Shown: piece by piece, positions 11,677 to 21,609 of the stretch | Layout of the letters: the number at the start of each line of letters is the position of its first letter | Position numbering within the stretch: position 1 is the stretch's first letter | Assembly (NCBI RefSeq): GCF_001194135.2 | Contig: NC_068987.1 | Span: forward strand, 8,119,124 to 8,159,489 | DNA length: 40,366 nt | From: Octopus bimaculoides | Lineage: Eukaryota | Direction of reading: 5' to 3' | Notes under the pieces: generated by a model | The model's database searches: none | Told to the model about the DNA's origin: nothing | What the model saw: only the letters and a program-made list of their open reading frames with translations | Made by a program: the position numbers and the translations under genes

Positions 11677-12269
11677 TAATCGACATAGCTACAGTTTCGC
11701 ACAAATGTATACTATAACTGAGGATGTGAGCAGATAGTCACCCGAGAATGCAGTTATGTGGTTGGTTTAGTAACCAACGTAGCTGCAGTCCCACAGATGT
11801 AGTACCTCTGATGTCAGGATCCATTATGAATGGGTTAGATAAATGACAGGAATTTTAATTAATGCTGAATGCATCACAAAAGCTGCTTTGTTAGGGACAG
11901 CTAGACACTATGGGGGTGGGGTTATTTTGGGGGAGGATGTAGTGGAAACATTAAATAGGATTAACACTACATGTAGTGGAACCCCTCCCTCTCCTCCAAG
12001 AAAAAAATTACCTTTGATATATCAGAACCTTATAAGTATGAAAGGAACAATCAGAATGGTAACAGTAAGTTTACTTACTTTGGCTCAAGGCCCACACATC
12101 TGAAGGAGCATCCCTGTGGTTGACTGAATATCTATAACTTGTGGTACTTGATACCAGAAAAATGGAAAACAAAGTTGACCTTGGTAAGGCTTGAACTGAA
12201 AATATAAATACGACTATGAGGTATTTCAAATGGCTGTGCTACCATTTTTGCAGCTCTTTCTTCTACTAG

Positions 12270-12425
12270 CAACTAGGGTCGATAAATTAAGTACCAGTTG
12301 CGTACTGGGGGTCGATAAATTAAGTACCAGTTGCGTACTGGGTCAATGTAATCGACTTAATCCCTTTGTTTGTCCTTGTTTGTTTCCCCTCTGTTTAACC
12401 CCTTGTGGGCAATAAAGAAATAACA
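12270..12425 (+). mobile_element. Family D SINE 3' half with a perfect 33-bp internal duplication
   Basis: gggtcgataaattaagtaccagttgcgtactgg at 12276-12308 and 12309-12341; tail gggcaataaagaaataa. Confidence 0.85.
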
Positions 12426-12437
12426 AACATATACACA

Positions 12438-12592
12438 CGACGGGCTTCTTTCAGTTTCCGTCTACCAAATCCACTCACAAGGCTTTGGTCGGCCTGAGGC
12501 TACTTGCCCAAGGTGCCATGCAGTGAGACTGAACACGTAACCATGTGGTTGGTAAGCAAGCTACTTACCTACCACACAGTCACTCCTGCGCC
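12438..12592 (-). mobile_element. Family A SINE
   Basis: acgacgggcttctttcagtttccgtctaccaaatccactcacaaggctttggtcggcctgaggc...accacacagtcactcctgcgcct. Confidence 0.9.
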
Positions 12593-12629
12593 TTATTATA
12601 TATATTTTTGAGTCTTGTGGCTGAAAGAG

Positions 12630-12660
<31 letters not shown>

Positions 12661-13545
12661 NNNNNNNNNNTTTTGTTTTTTTTTTGTTTGGTAGCACAGA
12701 AAAATAGTCTCATCTAACTGACCTGGATCCAGGTTTTGCTGTGAGGATACGTGTGTGTGTGTGTGTATGTATATGTTTATTTGCATTGGTCGATGGATGA
12801 GTAACCCTAACCCTCATTTCACACCTTTTTGTGGAGTTTAGGCGCAGCTTGGAACAGATCACCGCTGTTATTTATATGTCTTTCAATTACTCCTCTAACG
12901 AATAATTTTTAACAAACAAGGCTCCGTTACTGATTTTGATCCTCCATAGTGAAACCCCTCTATACTTATTTTAATATACTCATAAAACTCTCCCCTAATT
13001 CAATGTTTAACCATAGCACAGAATAGAAATAAAACAAAAAATTCTAATATTCCTCTTTTTATGTATATTTTTTATGCAGGTTATTAATTTTTTTTTGTCT
13101 GAATGGTATTATTTAGTTATTGATTTCTTTTGACTTGTTTTATTATTCTGCTTTTTATTATTTTTAAAAAAATATTTTTCTTGTTGATTTTTTTTATTCT
13201 TTTGAAACCAAATACCAAGACCTTGACATTCCTTATATTTCAATGAACTTGTGACTTTCATTTATCAAATACCAACTCCTGGTGGTGGTGGTGATAGTGG
13301 TACTGGTGGTGGTGGTGGTGGTCACTGTGGTAGTTGTGGTGATGGACAATAATGGAAAGCTTGCTTTTTTTTTTCTTAATTATCTAATTGATTGACTTGG
13401 TCCTCATCAAGTGTGTCTGTGTGTGTGTGGCTCTTGTGGTACTGTTAATTATTTGGAAAGGCTATATATATTGTCTGTCTGTCTCTCTGTAACCATGCTT
13501 GTATTCTACACTTAATATTGATTTGATAGCAAGCAAAACACCTAC

Positions 13546-13577
<32 letters not shown>

Positions 13578-13727
13578 AAACAAAGACTNNNNNNNNNNNN
13601 NNNNNNNNNNNNNNNNNNNNNNNNNNNNNNNNNNNNNNNNNNNNNNNNNNNNNNNNNNNNNNNNNNNNNNNNNNNNNNNNNNNNNNNNNNNNNNNNNNNN
13701 NNNNNNNNNNNNNNNNNNNNNNNNNNN

Positions 13728-13765
<38 letters not shown>

Positions 13766-13829
13766 AAGACAAACAAAAAGATTAAGAAGTAGGGGTGGGG
13801 GTAACTATTTCATTAGATAATTAATATGG

Positions 13830-13933
13830 CTATTTATATATATATATATATATATAACATACATGCATGTATGTATATATCTAGGGAGGGTCATTACACC
13901 AATAATACATACAACAGCAGCTATATATATAGT

Positions 13934-13970
<37 letters not shown>

Positions 13971-14110
13971 GAATGTGTGTATACATATATATATGTATAT
14001 GAATGTATATGTGTGTGTGTATGTATGTATGTATATATATATATGATTGTATATGTATGTATATATATGTATATATATATGTGTGTGTGTGTGCATCTAT
14101 ATGTATGTAT
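13830..14110. repeat. (TA)n/(TG)n mosaic microsatellite
   Basis: Direct reading; lies immediately upstream of a strong polypyrimidine-AG. Confidence 0.95.
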
Positions 14111-14142
14111 CTATGTAATATTCTTTCTCTTCTCTCCTTCAG

Positions 14143-14208
14143 ACTTTGGAAGACTTTATCACGAAATTGGAATTGTTCCATGGAACTGTCATTGTGAGCT
14201 TATGAAAG
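14143..14208 (+). CDS. Candidate internal coding exon of an unidentified gene
   Basis: Acceptor ttctttctcttctctccttcAG (AG at 14141-42). Donor att|GTGAGC gives 51 nt phase 0-0 TLEDFITKLELFHGTVI; donor aaag|GTCAGT gives 66 nt phase 1-1 (D)FGRLYHEIGIVPWNCHCELMK(G). Peptides not recognised. Confidence 0.35.
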
Positions 14209-14469
14209 GTCAGTTACTCTTACTACACATATTATTTTTTTTTTGTTTCTTCTATTTTTTTAATATTTTTGTTTTTGTTCCTAATTTATAAAAACCTGTA
14301 ACACACACACACACACACACAATTTCCATTATTCACATGCTCAAAATTCTTACATTTTTCACATATTCAGTGCCTTTGCAGACATATTTACACATCAATA
14401 TACATACATCCCTGTACTACACAGACTTTTATCTAATCACGTGCTCACAGTTCATCCACATGCTATCCG

Positions 14470-14630
14470 CAGGTGTGGCTGTGAGGCAAGAAACTTGTTT
14501 CCCCACCAAATGGTTTCAAGTTCAGCTGTGCTGCATGGTACCTTGGGCAAGTGTCATCTACTAATAGCCTCAGTCTAACTAAAGCCTTGTGAATGAATTT
14601 GGTAGATGGAAACTGGAAGAAGCCCATTGT
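14470..14630 (+). mobile_element. Family A SINE
   Basis: gcaggtgtggctgtgaggcaagaaacttg...ccttgggcaagtgtcatctac...ggtagatggaaactggaagaagccc. Confidence 0.85.
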
Positions 14631-14665
14631 GTGTGTAACATATATATATATATACATACACAGAT

Positions 14666-14842
14666 AATGGATGGATAGGTGTCCTTCCTTGTTTGATGTT
14701 AATCACAACGTTTCGGCTGATGTACTCTCCAGCCTTCATCAGTTGTTCTGGTGGAATTTTGAACCCCAACCCCTTATTAGGAATGAGAACAATATACCCC
14801 GTTAGTCAAATAAAGGGTTGAGTTTGAAATTCCACCAGAACA
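14666..14842. mobile_element. Penelope-like (pLTR-type) hammerhead-bearing repeat: inverted pair, right arm truncated
   Basis: Left arm 14666-14776 is homologous to 32717-32830. Right arm 14777-14842 (ttaggaatgagaac...gaaattccaccagaaca) is homologous to 32892-32958 and partly complementary to the left arm. PLE link inferred from ribozyme type. Confidence 0.65.
14702..14747 (-). ncRNA. Minimal type-I hammerhead ribozyme motif (best-preserved copy)
   Basis: Reverse strand: AACAA-CUGAUGA-A-GGCUG-gagaguacau-CAGCC-GAAA-C-GUU-GUGAU. Core intact, 5-bp stem II, palindromic ACGU stem III, predicted cut between 14707 and 14706. Stem I is weak (A at 2.1 faces G; other copies have C). Confidence 0.75.
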
Positions 14843-14861
14843 TGCACACATATATATATAT

Positions 14862-15290
14862 AAGATGGGCTTCTTTCAGTTTCCGTCTATCAAATCCACT
14901 CACAAGGCTTTTGTTGGCACGAGGCTATAGCAGAAGACACTTGTCCAAGGTGCCACCAGATGGCTGCACCAGGCTCCAATCTGATTTGGCAGTTTCTATA
15001 GCTGGATGCCCTTCCTAATGCCAACCACTCTGAGAGTGTAGTGGGTGCTTTTACATGCCACCGGTATGAAGGCCAGTCAGGCGGTACTGGCAACGGCCAT
15101 GCTCAAATGGTGTTTTTTACATGCCACCTGCACAGGAGCCAGTCCAGCGGCACTGGCAATGACCTCACTCGAATGTTTTTTCAGTGTGCCAGTGAGGTGA
15201 CACTGGTAACGGTCACGTTCAAATGGTGCTTTTTACGTGCCACTGGCACGGAAGCCAGGCAGCTGCTCTGGCAACGATGACGCTCGGATT
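14862..15290 (-). mobile_element. Fused SINE remnants: family B body joined to a family A 3' part
   Basis: Reverse strand reads B module ...ggagcctggtgcagccatctgg directly into A module tggcaccttggacaagtgtcttctgctatagcctc; junction about 14950-14962. Confidence 0.8.
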
Positions 15291-16399
15291 GCATATGTGT
15301 ATTTGAATATACAAACAAGAAATAAACATACTCAGATATAATTAGAAATGTAATTATTTATAATTGCAAATCGGTGATTATTCTCTTCTCTGATGTTGCT
15401 CCAAGTTTTACAAGTATTTTTGCTGACCATGCCACTGGAAACTGAATTATTAAAGGAGGTTGTGTAACATGGATGCTTTTCTCAAAGTGGACTTAATGTT
15501 GTTTTGCAGTGGTCAGGTTTATTATACTGTTGAATATTGTCCTTTGAGCTGGTTGGTAGTCTCGTTGATAACTCCATACTGTAGTTTCTATGAAATAACT
15601 TGAGAAACACAAACACACATGCATACGTACCCAATACAAATGTGTTTTTCAGTGAGTAGAGTCTAGCACTTTGTCTTTTGAGCTTCAGAGATATTCTTGT
15701 GTTTGCTGAATAGTGTCTGTAAGCATAAATGTTCGCTATTCATCTCTCTGTAGCCTTAATCAGAAATGAATTAAGCTGCATAAAGGATCTTTGTAAAGAA
15801 GTTTTGCTAAGCCAAGTATCTTGTATCAGATAGTTTTCTTATGTAAACTTTGCATTATTTATAGCAACAGGAAGGCGGCTTTGTTTAATATATGGACGAA
15901 AGTAGAAGAAATACAAATGCTGTATAGATAGATGTATCTGTGATGGGCGATGATGATGATGATGATGGTAGTGGTAGTGGTGGTGGTTGATGGAAACATG
16001 TAGAGTGTGTTGCAGTTCCTGGCAGACAGAGGACAGACAGTGCAACTATAACTTTCTCGAGTGTCCAGAATGCATTGATGTAGCAAGAAATCTATTCAAG
16101 CAACCTTTAAAGAAAGAAGAAAAGAGAGAGAAATAAAGGGTGACCTGTATTTAATGGATCTCTAGATGTTTGTAGATAAAAGTTTTGTTGCCCAAGTGAT
16201 TTAATTGGTGCTCGGATAGAGATGAAACAAAGCAGTGACATGAAGCTGCCGTTAAGTAGATGGAAATTCATTTATATTTTGTCTGTCTAGCCAAGAGGTT
16301 CAATATGTATGTGTAGTGTTTGTCTGAAAAATGTCTGGTTTATTTATTTTATCTTATTTTATATTTTATTGTTTTTAGTGTATGACAAGGATGTTTGTT

Positions 16400-16830
16400 A
16401 GTGTTAGCAGGGCCGGTCTGCAAAAAAAAAAAAAAATCTGGAGAGAAATGTTATGAGTAAATATTTCACTCAGACTTTTTTTATGTGATGCAAATCTGGA
16501 GAAGAGACGACCGAGTTTGGTTGTACGAGCCGGTTGGTGTAACCTAGGATCTAAAGGCATCGAATGCTTTGCGTGTATGTGAAAGAGAAAAGCTAAGAAT
16601 AGAGAGGCAAGTGGGTAAGAAACGGGCGGTAGATAGACATTGAATGAACAAATGTGGTTAGGTTGGCTAGCAGGAAGAGCAGCTGAGACCGGTTGTGTAA
16701 CACTTGAGAAGTGTTAGTTAATTGAGAGTGATGCAATAGAGAATGAGTTGGCACCGAGTTTAAACTGGTTAAAGTAATATGACGGTGTGTACGGGTAGGG
16801 GCAGGGGTAGGTAGTGTGTCTTGTCTATGG
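16400..16830 (-). mobile_element. Possible decayed retroelement ORF remnant (perhaps PLE N-terminal region)
   Basis: One - frame is open for about 125 codons with a single stop (...PNHICSFNVYLPPVSYPLASLFLAFLFHIHAKHSMPLDPRLHQPARTTKLGRLFSR...). Composition differs from the flanks; resemblance to PLE ORFs is impressionistic. Confidence 0.25.
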
Positions 16831-18689
16831 TGGTATTTATATGAAAATAATTTGTTTTATTAATTTTTGTTTGGTATTTGAATTTTTTTTCTTTTTTTCC
16901 GTTTTACTTTTATACTTTTTATTCTATTCCAATGAATAATTTTAAGTATTTTGTGTTTCTATGAAAATTGTTTTTATATAGACTGTTTATTGCATTTTTC
17001 ATGTGTATCTTTATAATATTTGCCTTTTGATGTTANNNNNNNNNNNNNNNNNNNNNNNNNNNNNNNNNNNNNNNNNNNNNNNNNNNNNNNNNNNNNNNNN
17101 NNNNNNNNNNNNNNNNNNNNNNNNNNNNNNNNNNNNNNNNNNNNNNNNNNNNNNNNNNNNNNNNNNNNNNNNNNNNNNNNNNNNNNNNNNNNNNNNNNNN
17201 NNNNNNNNNNNNNNNNNNNNNNNNNNNNNNNNNNNNNNNNNNTTTTTTTTTTGTCTATATAAAAATGAGTAATAATCACTTAGCAATGAGGATTGTTAAA
17301 CATACTTCACACAAACGATGTTGTAAGAAATCGTAATTATTTTTCATGGTTATTGTTGTGTGCATAACAGGAATGTGTTTATCACAGAGGAAATTAGTTT
17401 CAGTACAAATGCAATCCTGAGCTGTTTTTTTTTTTTTGTTTTTGCTCATTTTATTCATACTTTCCATCCCTACCTACCTACACACACACATGTGCATACA
17501 AATGCATGCTCACACACACATATATATATATATATATCTATATATATGTGGTTTTATTTTATTTTTTCACAGGCTGTATATTGATATAGAATACAAATTT
17601 TATATCCACTAGGTGTGTCAAAGTTTCTAACTTAAACATTTTTTTTTTTGTTTTAATTGATTTTTTTTTTTTTCATTTCTGGCTTGCTTGCTTGAAGGTA
17701 ATTCGGCCTAGACAAGCTGGGTATCAAGCTTCACTACAGATCAAATAATAGTTTTAGATTTCACTTCAAACAAGACATACAATATGCTTTTTATTTATTT
17801 GTTATTTTTTATTGTGTGTTACTTTTGCAATGATATAATACCAGCTTCTCAAATTTAGTGATCCATGCTCTCAATGTTTGACCTAAGCTCACTGTATGCA
17901 GCTCCAGGTGAAAGCCCTGATTATGTTAATCTATAATCAGAGGTGTCCCAGGTGTGACTAGTTTGTCTTTTTCCAGGTGTGTCTAATGCAAGTACAGCAT
18001 TGATTTTCTGGAATCTTTGGCACCAAAGCCTTTTTGGGTTACTGCGTTTTTTTTTTGTTTTTTTTTTTAACGAGAGGTGGTCACCGCAGTCATCTCTCTC
18101 TCTCTCTATAAATTAAACGATTATTCAATTTAAATAATTAAATGAAATACAGGTATTTGTACACTGATATAAATTAGTGCAGATTATAATGCATTTTGAC
18201 CCATCAGTATCTGAAAAGTTGGTGTTTATACCTGTGTGTTGTTTGTGAGGCAACTTAGCTGCTATTTCTAGCTGATTGAGTGCTAAGTTTATTCAGTCAC
18301 CTGTGCATTTCATTTGTGCACAAGGCTGCATGCATACAAACACATGCATTCTCATACAAATGTACATGTATTGACATGTCTATGCACACACACACACACG
18401 TGTATGTGTGTGTATATATATNNNNNNNNNNNNNNNNNNNNNNNNNNNNNNNNNNNNNNNNNNNNNNNNNNNNNNNNNNNNNNNNNNNNNNNNNNNNNNN
18501 NNNNNNNNNNNNNNNNNNNNNNNNNNNNNNNNNNNNNNNNNNNNNNNNNNNNNNNNNNNNNNNNNNNNNNNNNNNNNNNNNNNNNNNNNNNNNNNNNNNN
18601 NNNNNNNNNNNNNNNNNNNNNNNNNNNNNNNNNNNNNNNNNNNNNNTATATATATATAAAACAAATAATAAATGAGTATATGCATATAT

Positions 18690-18870
18690 ACGTACAAGTA
18701 TGTGCATACCTACATCTACCTGTATATATAGGTGCATATCTGGGTACAGGACATTGCAAACAAATCGTAGACAAAAAAATAATAATAACCAGAGTACAGA
18801 AAACACAGGTCACATAGAGAACATTTTCCTTCATCAGCTGCCCCCATTCTAACACAGGCGTTTCGAAGAG
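18690..18870 (-). mobile_element. Unclassified dispersed repeat (my family F)
   Basis: acctacatcta...gtacaggaca...ttccttcatcagctgccccc...gtttcgaag aligns to the reverse complement of 23500-23720. Confidence 0.6.
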
Positions 18871-18902
18871 TTTTTATATATATATATATATATATAGATA
18901 TC

Positions 18903-18997
18903 ATCATCATCATCATCGTTTAATGTCCGCTTTCCATGCTAGCATGGGTTGGACGATTTGGCTGAGGAATGGCAAGCCAGAAGGCTGCACCAGGCTC
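18903..18997 (-). mobile_element. Family B SINE 3' fragment
   Basis: (cat)n-cgtttaatgtccgctttccatgctagcatgggttggacgatttg...ggctgcaccaggctc. Confidence 0.85.
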
Positions 18998-19009
18998 ATA
19001 TATAGTGTG

Positions 19010-19255
19010 TGTGTATGCTTGTGTTTGTCTGCCTTGACATTGTATGATAGTGGTAAATGAGTCTCACTGTTATACAAGCAGTGTCCTTTTGTCAGCAATC
19101 TGTGAGAACATGTCTGGCAGTGAGGAAAGGTTAGCATTGCTTAGAAACAAGCGATGGTTTGTGACTGGAAGGGCATCCAGCTGTAGGAAGTCAGCCTCAA
19201 TAAACTTCGTCTCACCCATGCAAGCACTGGAAAGGGACCGTTAAAATGATGATGA
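19010..19255 (+). mobile_element. Composite-SINE 3' module
   Basis: gaacatgtctggc...ttgcttagaaacaag...ggaagggcatccagctgtagg...cccatgcaagcactggaaagggaccgttaaaatgatg. Confidence 0.75.
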
Positions 19256-19409
19256 TATTTATGATGGTGAAATTTCCCCATTCTCCTCATTCATGGTACT
19301 TAAATTCTTTCCACTTGACCACACTTGGGCTTCTTTTGTTAGTAAATTCCTTTCTGTCTCATATTCTTGTGACAGCTGACATTTAACTAAACAGACAATA
19401 GTGTATTTC

Positions 19410-19551
19410 AGATAGAGAGATAGACTGATAGATAGATAGATAGATAGATAGTTAGTTCGATAGATACATTTCTTTTATTAGCCACACAGGGCTCAACGAA
19501 GATGGGACAAATACAATGTAGAGCTTTTCTTTTTGGGAGGGGGAAGGAAGG

Positions 19552-19586
<35 letters not shown>

Positions 19587-19766
19587 GTGGTGTCGATCAA
19601 AAGGGATCGTAGGAAGGGAAAAAGGGGCAGTTCGATCAAAAGGGATCGAAAAAAAAGAAAAGGAAAGGCCGATCAATAGGGATCGTGTATCACACAGTAA
19701 TGTTCTCGTGTAAAAAGAGGGGAGGACAGTTTAGGTTTAGCCGTGGAAGGAAAAGCCTACTAGTTC

Positions 19767-19800
<34 letters not shown>

Positions 19801-20101
19801 CAAATAGATAGATAGACAAATAGATAGATAGATAGTTAGTTCGATAGATAGATAGATAGATAGATAANNNNNNNNNNNNNNNNNNNNNNNNNNNNNNNNN
19901 NNNNNNNNNNNNNNNNNNNNNNNNNNNNNNNNNNNNNNNNNNNNNNNNNNNNNNACAAATAGATAGATAGATAGTTAGTTCGATAGATAGATAGATAGAT
20001 AGATAGACAAATAGATAGATAGATTGATAAACAAATAGATAGATAGATAGTTAGTTCGATAGATAGATAGATAGATAGATAAACAAATAGATAGATAGAT
20101 A
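19410..20101. repeat. (GATA)n array with recurrent variant units, interrupted by an insertion and an N gap
   Basis: GATA repeats with recurring GTTAGTTC and CAAA interruptions. Confidence 0.95.
19467..19760 (-). mobile_element. 5'-truncated retroelement 3' end (294 bp) with a 14-bp target-site duplication
   Basis: Flanked by tagttcgatagata at 19453-19466 and 19761-19774; AATAAA on the - strand at 19474-79, 7 nt from the end; pyrimidine-rich UTR-like body. L1/Tx1 affinity is inference. Confidence 0.7.
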
Positions 20102-20490
20102 GAAGCACTGTTTGATTGTAATTACATCTTGTTCTTAGTCAGGCTTATATATATCTGGAGCTTTGCTGATCTCAGCACTGTCATTTACAGCTGTTCCTCT
20201 ACGAATGAGTGGGAAAAGTGGGCTACATTGAGTTATTGGCTATTTTTGAAGGGCATTGTTCTCCTGTATCTTGTTCAAATTGCTGTTATTTATTTGCTGG
20301 CCGACATGTTGAAATAGATTTTTATATATGAAGGAAAACTTGCTATATGTGAACAAATATTTGAATGCTTGTGGCTTTGTATAATACTCACCTTTTTTTC
20401 CTTATCCCCACCTTACCTTTTGTTGTCTTCATTTATTGGACTGGGGCCATAGTGGAGCTCTGCCCTAAAGGCCTTAGTTGAGCAAATCAC

Positions 20491-20773
20491 TGAAGGTGCA
20501 TAGCTTAGTGGTTAGAGTATTTGGCTCATAATTGCAAGGTCGTGGGTTCAATTCTTGGTGGCATGTTGTATCCTTGAGCAAGATGTTTTATTTCATGTTG
20601 CTCCAGTTCACTCAGCTGGCAAAAATGAGCTGTACTTGCGTGAATATCCCTGAGAACTACATTAAGGGTACATGTGTCTGTGGAGTGCTCAGCCACTTGC
20701 ACGTTAATTTCATGAGCAGGCTGTTCTGTTGATTGGATCAACTGAAACCTTCTTTGATAACTGATGGAGTACC
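20491..20773 (+). mobile_element. Family E SINE
   Basis: tgaaggtgcatagcttagtggttagag...gggttcaattc...cctgagaactacattaagggtacatgtgtctgtggagtgctcagccacttgcacgttaatttc. Confidence 0.85.
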
Positions 20774-20991
20774 TGCACACACATGTGCGTATGTATGTAT
20801 GTGTGTGTGTGTGTGTGTGTATATATATGTTTGTGTGTGTGTGTGTGTATATATATTTACATATATATATATGTATTATTTTATGTTACAAAAAAGTGTC
20901 CTTCAATACATACCTGTATTAGTGATATACAGAGTATATTATAAATATAGGTAAATATTACCATTTAGATAAATTGCTCAAGCATATATAT

Positions 20992-21049
<58 letters not shown>

Positions 21050-21609
21050 GTATGTGTGTTTAATCTGTTGCGATACTAGACTACTGAGCAAATATTAATA
21101 TGTAGATAGCACACCTTAGTTACAAAGAAAACACCACTTCCTGATTGCTGAGGGAAACCTGTAGGCAACAGTAGAATTCAAAGCCTGCGATAAAGACCAT
21201 CAATTATTCAACACAATATGAATCACATAATTTCTCTCTACTGTTGGATGATGATAGCACTGGCTACTGTTAACCGCTTGTAGATATTGATCTGGAAGTA
21301 TTGATAGACAGAGCAACTTAGAACTATAAGAAAATATTTTTATTAAAAAAATTGCTGATTACCTACCCACCCAATCTGACCAATGACTTCTCTGGACTAC
21401 TTCTGTTAGATTTGTATTTCTGTAACTTAAGGGTTATGCCCGGACTCATCGTTGCCCCTGTTTTCTCCCTTCTTTTCCACCTGGGGTAACAATATATGCT
21501 CTTCTATAGCAAGACACACATATCTGTGTCTCTATCCTACTTAAACCTCTCATCACCTGACATAAAGCCACCTTCCTCAACACTATTCCCTGCTCAGTTG
21601 AGGGGGTCA

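Noticed and set aside
12276-12341. Short direct repeats as CRISPR-like arrays (also 19594-19685)
   Set aside because: Eukaryotic context, no unique equal-length spacers and no cas genes; explained by SINE duplication and a retroelement UTR.
12803-12815. Telomere-like aaccctaaccct (also near 32813)
   Set aside because: Only two units; other copies of the 32.8-kb repeat read aaccccaaccc or aactcaaccc.
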